Assembly: GCA_964607835.1 (NCBI GenBank)
Contig: CAZSLL010000003.1
Location: forward strand, 3,826 to 67,825
Direction: 5' to 3'
Length of the DNA: 64,000 nt
Source of the DNA: an uncultured archaeon
Lineage (GTDB): Archaea > Aenigmatarchaeota > Aenigmatarchaeia > QMZP01
Part shown: one piece after another, positions 47,671 through 57,527 of the stretch
Numbering within the stretch: position 1 is the first letter of the stretch
Layout: each line of letters begins with the position of its first letter
The notes under the pieces: generated by a model
Database searches by the model: none
What the model was told of the DNA's origin: nothing
The model's input: only the letters and a program-made list of their open reading frames with translations
Program-made: the position numbers and the translations under genes

Positions 47671-49143
47671 CTATTTCTTTGTGCAGAAAACCATTGTGTC
47701 CAGCTTGGTCATCTCGTCTATGGAGTAGCCTATGCCCTCTCTGCCCATACCTGAGTCCTTGTTCCCTCCGAAGGGGAATATACCCACCCCGTGCGCTGGG
47801 TGGCCGTTTATGGTGACAGAGCCGTCCTCGAGCTCCCTGGCTATGCTTATGGCCTTGTCCACATCCTGGGTGAAAACGCTGGCGTCCAGCCCGTACTGGG
47901 ATTTGTTGGATAGCTCCACTGCCTCCCTGCTGCTCTTCACCCTCATGACCGTGACAACGGGGCCGAATGTCTCCTCCCAGGCAATCCTCATCTTTGGCGT
48001 TACCCTGTCCAGGACAGTTGGCGCATAGTAGAGCCCCTTGACCTTCCTTCCGCCGAGAAGGACCTTTGCTCCCTTCTCCCTGGCGTCTTCCACCAGGGCC
48101 TCCACCTTTTCCAGGGCGCCCTTGTTTATTAGCGGGCCTATGGTGGTCTTTGGGCTCGAGGTGGGCCCGGTCTTCCAGTTCTTTGCCCCCTTCACAATGA
48201 GTCTCAAGAATTTGTCAGCCGCCTTCTGCTCAACCAGTATCCTGGATATGGCGTCGCACCGCTGGCCAGAGAACTTGAGGGCCCCTGAGAGGCACTCCTT
48301 TGCAGCCAGCTCCACGTCAGCATCAGCCAAAACTATGGCCGCTCCCTTGCCCCCCAGCTCGAGGTGCATCCTCTTCATGCCTGCCTTCTCCGCAATCCTC
48401 TTTCCTGCAGAAGAGCTGCCTGTGAATGAAACCATGTTGACCTTTGGGTGGGACACCAGGAAATCCCCTATCTCTGAGCCAGAGCCCGTCAGCACGTTGA
48501 GCGCCCCCCTGGGTACTCCTGCCATCTCAGCCAGCCTTGCGAACATGAGCATGCATATGGGGTCGTCAGAGGCTGCCTTGTGCACGACAGTGTTGCCCGC
48601 TGCCAGGGCAGGGGCTATCTTGGCCACGCTAATGAAGAGCGGGTAGTTGAACGGTGAGATGGAGAGTATCACTCCCTTGGGCTTTCTGGAAACCAGGGCG
48701 AACCTGCTTCCCTTGCCCACGAGCTCGCCCGGGATGTACTCGTTCCTGAACCTTCCGATTTCCTCGCACGCCAGGTGCAGTCTCTCTGCGGCTGCCTTGA
48801 CCTCTCCCTCGCAGTACTTCACGGGCTTGCCTGCCTCCCTGGAAATCATGTCCACGAGGTCCTTGCGGTGCTCCTTTACCAGGCAGGACAGCCGCTCCAG
48901 CATTTCCACCCTCTTGTCAGCGCTCATGCCGGACATTAGGGGCCTGGCCTTCCAGGCAGCCTGCACCGCAGCCTCGGCATCCTTCTTGAGGCAGTATGGT
49001 ACTTTGCCCACGGACTTGCCGCTGGCCGGGTCATGCACCTCTATGGTGCCCTTACCAGTGGCCTCTACCCACTTCCCGCTGATGTAGTTCCTGTAAGAAG
49101 GGGGGCTTCCCGAGTTCCTTATGGGCTTCCAGGGACTCGCCAT
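47671..49143 (-). CDS. Aldehyde dehydrogenase, likely non-phosphorylating GAPDH (GAPN)
   Basis: PFNYP, FTGS, ELGGK, SGQRCDAISR, EETFGP. Confidence 0.85.
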   Translation of the reverse strand: MASPWKPIRNSGSPPSYRNYISGKWVEATGKGTIEVHDPASGKSVGKVPYCLKKDAEAAVQAAWKARPLMSGMSADKRVEMLERLSCLVKEHRKDLVDMISREAGKPVKYCEGEVKAAAERLHLACEEIGRFRNEYIPGELVGKGSRFALVSRKPKGVILSISPFNYPLFISVAKIAPALAAGNTVVHKAASDDPICMLMFARLAEMAGVPRGALNVLTGSGSEIGDFLVSHPKVNMVSFTGSSSAGKRIAEKAGMKRMHLELGGKGAAIVLADADVELAAKECLSGALKFSGQRCDAISRILVEQKAADKFLRLIVKGAKNWKTGPTSSPKTTIGPLINKGALEKVEALVEDAREKGAKVLLGGRKVKGLYYAPTVLDRVTPKMRIAWEETFGPVVTVMRVKSSREAVELSNKSQYGLDASVFTQDVDKAISIARELEDGSVTINGHPAHGVGIFPFGGNKDSGMGREGIGYSIDEMTKLDTMVFCTKK

Positions 49144-49233
49144 GTTATCAATTATATACTTGCCAGAGCCGCAATATAAGTGTTGAGCCGGGCCGGGAGC
49201 CATTTAAATACCCCTGATTCAAAAGTAAGGTTG

Positions 49234-49579
49234 CAGGGGACCTCCAGCCACGGGGTTAGGCCTACCGTACCTTCTGGTGACAAACGGTCTATATGCCCCC
49301 TCCCGGAAGGGAGCAGGCAGGACATATGGTCGGCTGTAGCCCATGGATGGTTCTGCGAAGGATGCGCGGGCCCTTCCTTCCAACTGCGAAGCCCTGTCCC
49401 CCAGGGTTGTTGGTGCGGTGAACCGAGTCAGGCGGGGAACCGAGCAGCTCTAAGCGCCCGCTCTGAAAGGAGCCGGCAGGAGTCGCTGCATTGATGATGC
49501 TTGGGGGGTCAACGGGGTGGAGGCGGAAGGCAGTTCAGTTTGCGCCCCTGAGCGGGGTCTACCATGGGCACGTCCCCTG
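49234..49579 (+). ncRNA. ffs: Archaeal SRP RNA
   Basis: Terminal helix CAGGGGAC/GTCCCCTG, GGGGTTAGG Alu-like element, helix 8 GAGTCAGGCGGGGAACCGAGCAGCTC; TTTAAATA box upstream. Confidence 0.85.
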
Positions 49580-49609
49580 TATATTTTCCTTAAGTCCTTT
49601 CAATGACAT

Positions 49610-49774
49610 ATGATAATCATGAACAAGTATCCTGTTTATGATGAGGACTGCACCACGCTTCCCTGCTGCGCCAAGAAGCATGCTTACCAGGACCGGGAGG
49701 GGGATGCATATAAGGTGGCCCCTTCCTGCGACCCCTTCACAGAGTGCGCATGGAAAATAAAAGATGACGAGTGA
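49610..49774 (+). CDS. Small Cys-rich hypothetical protein (54 aa)
   Basis: Read directly; fills the gap between SRP RNA and ybaK. Confidence 0.35.
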   Translation: MIIMNKYPVYDEDCTTLPCCAKKHAYQDREGDAYKVAPSCDPFTECAWKIKDDE

Positions 49775-49777
49775 TAG

Positions 49778-50245
49778 CTACTTCCTGACCCTCACCATTT
49801 TCCCCTCGTTGGTCCTTTGTATCTCCTCTGGCGAGACCCTCACAAGTGAGTTCTCAGAGCCCCCTGATGTCCACACCAGCTCCTTGTCCATGACCATGGG
49901 GTCAATGAGGAAGGTGGCCTGGTATCCGAACGAAGGGAGCCCGCCGCATGGGTATCCGGTCTTTTCGAGGATTTCCTCAGGGCCGGCGGCACGCGGTCTC
50001 TCCCCAAGGCCGAGTGCTATGGCCACCCTCTTTGTGCTGGCCCTGTCCTCCCCCTTCACTATAGCCACGATTGCCCTGTCCTGGCTGTCCAGCATGCATA
50101 TGTTCTTGATGAAGTCCTGCGGGTCTGCCCCCGCCGCCCGTGCTGCCTCCTCAACTGAGTGGCAGGATTCCTGGAAACGGAAATATTTTGCCTGGATTCC
50201 CTTCTCCTTCATGAACGCCCTGAGCCTGTCCTCTGAACTGCTCAT
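49778..50245 (-). CDS. YbaK/EbsC family aminoacyl-tRNA deacylase
   Basis: SVEEAA, IKNI, TGYPCGGLPSFG. Confidence 0.9.
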   Translation of the reverse strand: MSSSEDRLRAFMKEKGIQAKYFRFQESCHSVEEAARAAGADPQDFIKNICMLDSQDRAIVAIVKGEDRASTKRVAIALGLGERPRAAGPEEILEKTGYPCGGLPSFGYQATFLIDPMVMDKELVWTSGGSENSLVRVSPEEIQRTNEGKMVRVRK

Positions 50246-50297
50246 GACAAGGAATTGGTGGGGAAGGAAATAAAAGATGGCTTTGCGAATCTCAAGC

Positions 50298-50549
50298 ATG
50301 AGCGGACATCGGAAATACCAGATTCATCTTGGAGCAGGCTCTGAGGGCAGGGCAAAGCAGATAACAGACTACCTCCTTGAGGACCCGGGACCCTCGAGCA
50401 TACTCGGCATGGGGTATTCCCCCAGCACTGGAATAATGGAAATCAGAATGCTCGGGAAGCTTGGCGAATCCATGACAGGGAAGCGGCTCATGGAGAAATA
50501 CAGGTGCAGGTTGGTCATGGAAAGAAATGATGAGAAAAGTCGTTTCTGA
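50298..50549 (+). CDS. Hypothetical protein
   Basis: Short ORF filling the gap. Confidence 0.4.
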   Translation: MSGHRKYQIHLGAGSEGRAKQITDYLLEDPGPSSILGMGYSPSTGIMEIRMLGKLGESMTGKRLMEKYRCRLVMERNDEKSRF

Positions 50550-50550
50550 A

Positions 50551-51051
50551 TCATGATTCTGTTGAGAATCTTCCATCATCCCTTATGCATTTCCCCTTGT
50601 CGAGCGCTCTTTCCAACCAGCCCCTCCTTATGCCCTCTATCGGGCTGAACTCAGGCACGAAGGGCTTGATGTCAAGGAGCGGGGTGTTGTCAAGGGCATC
50701 GATCCCCTCCACCTCCAGAACGCTTCCCTTTACTGATATCAGGCGCACAACGGATATGCCTATGGGATTCGGCCTTGACGGGGAGCGCGTAGCGAACACC
50801 CCCCTCTCCTCGCTGTCCATGAAGGGCCTCACAACCAGTGGGCGTCCCCGGGCCAGGTGGGTATGGTAGACAATCGTAATGTGCGAGAATCCCTCCAGGT
50901 CTTTCAGCCCATCCTTGTATTCAGGGAGGAGCTCGATTCTTCCCCTGGCATTTTCAGAAAAAACTGGCTGGATAGGGGTTCCCTTGGGACTCCTGAAGGG
51001 GCTCCTTATGACCCCTATGGGACTGAATCTGACGATTTCCATTCCATTCAC
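50551..51051 (-). CDS. tsaA: tRNA (t6A37)-N6-methyltransferase TrmO
   Basis: PIG.I.SPF, GVFATRSP.RPNPIG, TPLLDIKP. Confidence 0.92.
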   Translation of the reverse strand: MNGMEIVRFSPIGVIRSPFRSPKGTPIQPVFSENARGRIELLPEYKDGLKDLEGFSHITIVYHTHLARGRPLVVRPFMDSEERGVFATRSPSRPNPIGISVVRLISVKGSVLEVEGIDALDNTPLLDIKPFVPEFSPIEGIRRGWLERALDKGKCIRDDGRFSTES

Positions 51052-52236
51052 CTAGACCAGCTTCCTGGCCACGCTTATCAGGGCAGGCCTCTTCATGAGG
51101 AGCTTTGCGAGCATGGAGAACCCCTTTGCCTTTGAGAAGTCCACCAGGCTCTCGCCATCGAGGTTCTCTGCCAGCCAGTTCAGGTCATCATCATTCAGGC
51201 ACTCCACCGCCATCCTGAGCTTAAGCACCTTGTTCAGCATGTTGCCCCTCTCCTTCCACCACCTTTCGTTGTATATGGATAGGAATGCCTCTGAGAAGTC
51301 CCCGGCTTCCCTGGCCTCTGCCGCAAGCTCGCCTGCCAGCCTTCCACCCACCCAGGCTTCTGCCATCCCGCCTCCGTGGATGGGGTTGACCTGATGGGCC
51401 GCGTCACCCACTATAATCATGTTGTCTCTGACCATGTTCTCCATGAGACCTCCCACAGGAACCCCTCCTGAGTTGGCCTCCAGAACAGAGCCCTTCCTCA
51501 GGCCAGGCCTGCTCTCTATGAAATCCCTGAGGTACTCCAGCGCTGGCTTCTTTGCAAATGGCCTCCTCACCCCTATGCCCACGTTTGCCACGCCCTTTCC
51601 CTTGGGGAATATCCAGACATAGCCTCCCGGGGCCACCTCGTTGCCGAAGTAAAGCTCTATCCTGTCAGGGTCTATATCAATTCCGGCCATCTCGAACTGC
51701 GCCCCGCTGGCTATGTCAGAGAGCTTGAGCGTTGTATCCACGCCCGCCATCCTGGCCACCGTGGACTCCACCCCGTCAGCCGCTATTATGAGGGGGGCCT
51801 TTACCTTCCATTTCCTGCCCGAGGTCTCGAGCTCCGCGCCTGAGATTATTCCGTCCTCCTCCAGGAGACCTGTTACCTCGGTCCTGGCCATGACCCTGGC
51901 CCCCGCCCGCACGGCGAGCTCGGCCAGGTACTTGTCGAATATCTTCCTCTCTATGACCCAGCCCTCAGGGCCCTCCCTGTAGTCCACCCTCACGAGCTTT
52001 CCACTGGGGGCGTAGCATGTGGCCCCCTTTATGGTCTGCCTCACCCATTCCGGCCGGGGCTCAATGCCCATCCTCCCTGCAGAGCTCTTTGATAGGCCCT
52101 CGCCGCACCTCTTGGGCGAGCCTATCTCCTGCCTTTTCTCAACCATGAGCACTCTCAGGCCCTTCTCTGCAGCGGCCTTTGCCGCCCCTGAGCCCCCCGG
52201 GCCCGCGCCAACAACAATCACGTCATATGTCTCCAT
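51052..52236 (-). CDS. Digeranylgeranylglycerophospholipid reductase
   Basis: GAGPGG, PKRCGEG, PGGYVWIFPKG, GDAA...P..GGG. Confidence 0.9.
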   Translation of the reverse strand: METYDVIVVGAGPGGSGAAKAAAEKGLRVLMVEKRQEIGSPKRCGEGLSKSSAGRMGIEPRPEWVRQTIKGATCYAPSGKLVRVDYREGPEGWVIERKIFDKYLAELAVRAGARVMARTEVTGLLEEDGIISGAELETSGRKWKVKAPLIIAADGVESTVARMAGVDTTLKLSDIASGAQFEMAGIDIDPDRIELYFGNEVAPGGYVWIFPKGKGVANVGIGVRRPFAKKPALEYLRDFIESRPGLRKGSVLEANSGGVPVGGLMENMVRDNMIIVGDAAHQVNPIHGGGMAEAWVGGRLAGELAAEAREAGDFSEAFLSIYNERWWKERGNMLNKVLKLRMAVECLNDDDLNWLAENLDGESLVDFSKAKGFSMLAKLLMKRPALISVARKLV

Positions 52237-52237
52237 T

Positions 52238-52417
52238 CTAACCCTTCCCCAGGCTGAGCGCGTTCACAGGGCAGAAGCTCACGCATATGCCGCAGCCCAC
52301 GCATTTCTCCCTGTCGCACTCTATCCCGTGCTCTGTGAGCCTGAGCGCGGAATGCGGGCACACAGCCACGCAGCCGGAGCATCTCAGGCAAAGCCGCTGG
52401 TCAGCCTTCACAGTCAT
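52238..52417 (-). CDS. 2[4Fe-4S] ferredoxin (59 aa)
   Basis: Read directly: CLRCSGCVAVCP and CVGCGICVSFCP; coupled to the reductase. Confidence 0.9.
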   Translation of the reverse strand: MTVKADQRLCLRCSGCVAVCPHSALRLTEHGIECDREKCVGCGICVSFCPVNALSLGKG

Positions 52418-52575
52418 ATGAAAAAACCCCCGATAATAGGTTTTTTTGCCTTCAATCCTTTAAATGCATATCCAGAACAGGGGCTGGAAGGCGAAAACAA
52501 AAGAAAAAGAGGGTGAACGGCATCATTGTCTGCCCGTTTCCAGCCGTTGCTGCTATCCATCTATCCGGGACTGAT

Positions 52576-52932
52576 TCATGCTACAGGGTTTCGTCCCATG
52601 GTGTAAATAGCCTTCAGAGCCACAACAAGAGCTGCAGGGGCAACGAATGCCGCCAGGTAAAGCACCATGCTTGCTAGGTAGGAACCAATCAACGGTATGG
52701 TCGAGAGGTTCGCAGCTCCCACAGCAATCAATGCGATTGCTGCGATAAGGAAGTCAGTGACTTCCTTGGCGCTGATGTTAAGGAAACCAACTACCAGGCC
52801 CAGTACCACGAGCACGATGCCCACGTATCCCTGCATTGTTGCATCGAGCGCGCCTGCTCCGAGGCCTGATATTATGGCTATCAGTACACCTAAGATGAAT
52901 GCCCAACTTCCTAAGGAGTTGTTCATTTCCAT
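52576..52932 (-). CDS. Small 4-TM membrane protein
   Basis: GSWAFILG..., GLVVGFLNI, FVAPAA. Confidence 0.75.
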   Translation of the reverse strand: MEMNNSLGSWAFILGVLIAIISGLGAGALDATMQGYVGIVLVVLGLVVGFLNISAKEVTDFLIAAIALIAVGAANLSTIPLIGSYLASMVLYLAAFVAPAALVVALKAIYTMGRNPVA

Positions 52933-53008
52933 CTAGCCACCGATATATAATTGGGCATGCCTGTTTATAAGTATTGTTCGACATATGGCGTATTTTCGGG
53001 GCAAAAGC

Positions 53009-53812
53009 CTACAAATATACCTCAATCGCCGCACCCAGCAGAATCAGGCACACTGCAAGCACTAACACCTTGAGGGCGTCAAATGCTATGATTTTCAGGA
53101 CCTTCCTGTTCTGCTTCCTGAGCATGGCCGCTGAGAGGATTCCTCCCGCCAGGCCCGCTGCCACGTACCCGCCAATCTCGGGTATGCCGTGGGGAAGGAA
53201 GAACAGCCCCCACCAGGGAACCTCCAGAACGTGCCTTGAGAGCATCCTTATGTAAACCCCTAGTATGGAGGCATTCCAGGCTATTATGAACACAGCCCCT
53301 GCCCCGAAGAATAGGGAGAACAGGAAGGAGAACACCATGACCTGGAGGTTGTTGATTAGTATCATCATGAAGCTCAGGTAGCTCCCCTGTGTCAGCGCTC
53401 CTGACACTCCGTGGATGGAGTTGATTTTCGCGGTCTGGACCTGGAAGAAGTCCGAGGGCATGGCGAATGCCCACACAGCGAAGGCCACGCTCAGGCCTGC
53501 GAAAAAGAACAGCGACATCATTATGTAGTTGCCGTGCTTGTCCCAGAACGTGCCCCTGTGGTACTTGAGTATGGCCAGCTCCTCGAGCTCCTCATCCCTC
53601 TTTATGAACATGGTCATGTAGTAGGCAGATGGGATTATGATGAAGAGAACAGAGAATATGCCCGAGAGGTTGAACCACACCCCTCCAAGGGCTACCCTGT
53701 ACGCTATCTGGGCGCTTATGAGTATGGCCACGCTGGCCAGCACCACAGCCCACACGAACATGAGCCAGGGCTTCTTCTCGACCTCCTCGTAGGAGAGAAT
53801 AGACTCGAACAC
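53009..53812 (-). CDS. SpoIIM-like membrane protein
   Basis: ILINNL, WNAS..G, LPHGIPE, AAIE. Confidence 0.85.
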   Translation of the reverse strand: MFESILSYEEVEKKPWLMFVWAVVLASVAILISAQIAYRVALGGVWFNLSGIFSVLFIIIPSAYYMTMFIKRDEELEELAILKYHRGTFWDKHGNYIMMSLFFFAGLSVAFAVWAFAMPSDFFQVQTAKINSIHGVSGALTQGSYLSFMMILINNLQVMVFSFLFSLFFGAGAVFIIAWNASILGVYIRMLSRHVLEVPWWGLFFLPHGIPEIGGYVAAGLAGGILSAAMLRKQNRKVLKIIAFDALKVLVLAVCLILLGAAIEVYL

Positions 53813-53998
53813 TCATCTACCACCCTTCAAACGCAACGCCTATGTTATATAGTATGCCCCAGCACGGATAAATAGGTTTCCGGCCTCTCCAGGCCTTCCC
53901 AAGGTTGGTTTATTTAAGCGTGTTTTCACATAAACTATTAGAAAGGCACTGCACGGCTTCTGTGCGGACTGCACATCAAACAGGCAAGGCGGAGCGAA

Positions 53999-56578
53999 AT
54001 GGCGCGGCTCGAGAAGATAGTGGTACAGGGGTTCAAGTCCTTCAAGAGGAAGTCATCGATTCCCTTTCCCACCGGTTTCTCTGTGATAACAGGCCCCAAC
54101 GGCGCCGGAAAGTCCAACGTGGGAGACGCCATCGCCTTTGTCCTGGGCAAGTCCTCCAGCAAGTCCCTGAGGGCCAAGAAGGCCAAGGACCTGGTTTTCC
54201 ACGGAAGCCAGAAGAAGGGCGGGGCAGACCACGCCAAGGTTGCCCTTTACTTTGACAACTCAGAGAAGACCCTTCCTGTTGACGAGACCATGGTGTCCAT
54301 AAGCAGGAGAATCAACAAGAAGGGGGTCTCCACCTACCGGATGAACGGAAGGGTGGTAACCAGGCAGCAGATAGTTGACATGTTCTCGCTGGCCGGGGTG
54401 TCAGCTGACGGCCACAACATAATCCAGCAGGGAGACGTCACCAAGATAGTGGAGATGGACCCTGAGCAGAGGAGGCAGATAATAGACGAGATATCGGGAA
54501 TCTCGGAGTTCGATGAGAAGAAGCACAAAGCCGAGAAGGAGCTCGCCAGGATAGAGGAGCGGGTGAGGGAAGCCGAGATACTCATAAACGAGAAGGCCTC
54601 CATCATGGAGAAGGTCAAGGCAGAGAGGGATGCTGCCATGAGGTACAGGGAGCTTGAGTCCGAGCTCAACCGGGTGCGCTCCGCAATAATATGGAAGGAC
54701 TACTCCGGCGCCATGAAGAGCATGGAGACCATTGACCAGGAGCTCGGGGAGAAGGAGGCTGAGCTCGGGAAGCTCGAGGCAAAGATTAAGGAGTATGATG
54801 ATGTGCTGGCCGAGAAGGAGGGCAAGCTCGAGGAGCTCACCAAGAGCGTGCTCAAGGCCTCCAGCCAGATAGACGTTACCAGGAAGATAGAGAAGCTCAG
54901 GGGAGAGATTGAGAGGAAGCGCGACAGGGTTGACTCCAACCTCAGGGAGATAGAGCGCCTGGAAAGCATAATGGAGAAGATATCCAGCATCTCCTCAGGC
55001 AGCAACCCGGCCCTGGACGCTGTCAAGAGCATGCCTGGGGTTCAGGGCTCGCTCTCAGAGCTCATAATGGTACCCCCGCAATACAAGACCGCTGTGGAGG
55101 TGTCAGCCGGGGCTCACCTCAGGGACATTGTGGTTGACTCCACCAACAACGCCGTGAAGGCGGTCAAGTACCTCAAGACAAACAAGCTGGGCCGAGCCCG
55201 TTTCCTGCCCATGGACAAGATACGCGGATTCCCCACAAAGCCCCTTCCCACGGGCGCAGTGGGATGGCTCTCAGAGCTCATCCAGCATGACCCCATGTAT
55301 GACAGCATAATCAGTTACGTGTTCTCCACCACCGCGGCCGTGAATGACATAGACCGGGCCAAAGCCATAGCAAAGAACAACAGGATAAGGATGGTAACCC
55401 TGGACGGAGACCTCATGGAGGCCTCCGGCGCCATCACCGGGGGGTATTTCAGGAAGAAGAGCAAGGCAGACCCTGAGGTGGGCAGGTACCAGGAGGAGAA
55501 GAAGCGGATGAAGGCCGAGAATGACAGCCTCCAGGCCGAGCTCAAGAGCATGAACATGGACCTGGAGATTCTGGCTGAGAAGGAGAAGAGGACCAAGACC
55601 ACTGACCTGGAGAGGGAGAGGGTAAAGCTCGACGAGGCCCTCAAGGAGACCAGGGAGAAGAGGAAGGAGGCGTACGAGAAGAGGCTCATACTCCAGCAGG
55701 AAGTGGGAAAGGCCAACATAAACAAGGCCAGGCTCGAGGCCAGGTTCGAGAACCTCAAGGTCCAGTGGGAAGAGAAGGCCAGGAACGAGGACCCTGAAAA
55801 AGAGCCCGGCGACCAGGAATCCGGAAAGGCAAGGGAGAGCAGGACCGAGGAATCCGGGAAGAAGGAAAAGCCCGGAAGGGAAAGGGTCCCCAAGGAGCTT
55901 GAGGAGCACGTAAAGCTCGGCATGCCCAGGCTCAAGGACATAGAGAAGCAGACCATAATCGAGATGCAGAACCTGGGGCCAATAAACCTCAAATCAGTTG
56001 ATGATTTCGAGTCCATGAGGACAGAGTTCGAGGACTTCAGGGAGAAGGTTGACAAGATAATAGAGGAGAAGGAGAAGATAATCCAGACAGTCTCCAAGAT
56101 AGAGGAGAAGAGACTCGAGGCGTTCAACAAGTGCCTGGGTGACGTGGCCAGGCACTTCAAGAAGGTGTACAGCGAGCTCGTTGGCGGGGAGGCCGAGCTC
56201 GTGCTCGACGACCCCAGCGATCTGGAGTCAGGCCTCATGATAAAGGCCCAGCCCCCTGGAAAGAAGCTCCTGAACATAGACAGCATGTCAGGAGGGGAGA
56301 AAACCCTCACGGCTTTCACGTTCCTGTTCGCCATACAGAGGCACAGGCCAAGCCCCTTCTACATCCTGGATGAAGCCGACGCCGCCCTTGACAAGAGCAA
56401 CACCAAGAAGGTCTCTGAGCTCATAAAGAAGCAGGCCCAGATGGCCCAGTTCATTGTCATCTCCCACAACGACGCCCTTGTGAGCGAGGCAGACCAGGTG
56501 TACGGGGTGTCCATGGAGGACGGCGAGTCCAAGATAATGGGCATTGAACTCCCCAAGAACAAACAGAAGAACAACTGA
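53999..56578 (+). CDS. smc: SMC chromosome segregation protein (short, 859 aa)
   Basis: GFKSF, GPNGAGKSN, hinge (GRARFLP, VTLDGD...GAITGG), MSGGEK, LDEADAALD. Confidence 0.93.
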   Translation: MARLEKIVVQGFKSFKRKSSIPFPTGFSVITGPNGAGKSNVGDAIAFVLGKSSSKSLRAKKAKDLVFHGSQKKGGADHAKVALYFDNSEKTLPVDETMVSISRRINKKGVSTYRMNGRVVTRQQIVDMFSLAGVSADGHNIIQQGDVTKIVEMDPEQRRQIIDEISGISEFDEKKHKAEKELARIEERVREAEILINEKASIMEKVKAERDAAMRYRELESELNRVRSAIIWKDYSGAMKSMETIDQELGEKEAELGKLEAKIKEYDDVLAEKEGKLEELTKSVLKASSQIDVTRKIEKLRGEIERKRDRVDSNLREIERLESIMEKISSISSGSNPALDAVKSMPGVQGSLSELIMVPPQYKTAVEVSAGAHLRDIVVDSTNNAVKAVKYLKTNKLGRARFLPMDKIRGFPTKPLPTGAVGWLSELIQHDPMYDSIISYVFSTTAAVNDIDRAKAIAKNNRIRMVTLDGDLMEASGAITGGYFRKKSKADPEVGRYQEEKKRMKAENDSLQAELKSMNMDLEILAEKEKRTKTTDLERERVKLDEALKETREKRKEAYEKRLILQQEVGKANINKARLEARFENLKVQWEEKARNEDPEKEPGDQESGKARESRTEESGKKEKPGRERVPKELEEHVKLGMPRLKDIEKQTIIEMQNLGPINLKSVDDFESMRTEFEDFREKVDKIIEEKEKIIQTVSKIEEKRLEAFNKCLGDVARHFKKVYSELVGGEAELVLDDPSDLESGLMIKAQPPGKKLLNIDSMSGGEKTLTAFTFLFAIQRHRPSPFYILDEADAALDKSNTKKVSELIKKQAQMAQFIVISHNDALVSEADQVYGVSMEDGESKIMGIELPKNKQKNN

Positions 56579-56607
56579 TTTTATTCCTTTTCCTGCAAGA
56601 TTCTCTC

Positions 56608-56955
56608 ATGGCCAGCAGATTCATCTACACCAGGAAATGCATGGGCCCCCTCATGAGGGACCTTGCCGGAATAGGCGAGCTTGGCGGAATCCAGAGTGGC
56701 ATACAGGCCGAGCTCAGGAACCACATCTATGTCATGGTAAAGGAGGTGACTGATAGCGACCCGCATGCAAGGGGCGCCAGCTCAATGGTTCATTTCCAGG
56801 ACTTCCATGCCAACCGTGACAGCCATGATACGGACATGTTCTGCCTTGATGGCTGGAGGCTCTACAGGGATATTATTGGTGCAGCAAGCCCTTCAGCAGT
56901 ATGGAACAGCACACACCAGAGCTATGTCAGGGACCCTCTCAGTGGAACGGGCTGA
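56608..56955 (+). CDS. Hypothetical protein
   Basis: 115-aa ORF. Confidence 0.45.
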   Translation: MASRFIYTRKCMGPLMRDLAGIGELGGIQSGIQAELRNHIYVMVKEVTDSDPHARGASSMVHFQDFHANRDSHDTDMFCLDGWRLYRDIIGAASPSAVWNSTHQSYVRDPLSGTG

Positions 56956-56956
56956 G

Positions 56957-57334
56957 TCACTTCCTCTTTAGCTCTTTGAGTTTGACCTCGAGCTCGGTGA
57001 GCTCTGACTCGTACCTTTGGGTAAGGTGCCTGTATGACTCCTCGTCAAGCTTCTTCTTGAGGTACTTGTTCTTGAGTTCCTTCTGGATTTCCCTGATTTC
57101 CTCTATCCTCTTCTCCATGGTTGTGGCAAGATGGGAGCCCACCTTCTTGATGCCCGCGAAAACCATGAGAAAGGCCATTGAAAGTCCCAGATAGAGGACT
57201 ATGTACCCCACTGCGGCGAGCATTCCTGCGTAGGCCCCTGAAACCCTTGTGAAGAAGAAAGCGAGGGCAAAGGTCACGCCCGATATTATGAAGCATGCCG
57301 CCCAGATGACCTGGAGCTTTTGCTCGCTGTCCAT
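56957..57334 (-). CDS. Two-TM membrane protein with C-terminal coiled coil
   Basis: Hydrophobic N-half; KYLKKKLDEESY SHOCT-like segment. Confidence 0.65.
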   Translation of the reverse strand: MDSEQKLQVIWAACFIISGVTFALAFFFTRVSGAYAGMLAAVGYIVLYLGLSMAFLMVFAGIKKVGSHLATTMEKRIEEIREIQKELKNKYLKKKLDEESYRHLTQRYESELTELEVKLKELKRK

Positions 57335-57527
57335 GACATAGATATTCTCCCGGAGTTTTAAATAGTGCCCTGAGGGGACGAGCTTAAATCCATGCGCATC
57401 CAGAATATAGCTTCATGTTCGCAAGGTATTCACCGTTTGGTCCTGATATGGATGTCTACCTCACATGGGAGGAGATTTCCAGGCATATACCCGAGCTTCT
57501 GGAATGACAAAGGGATTGTTTCAGGGC

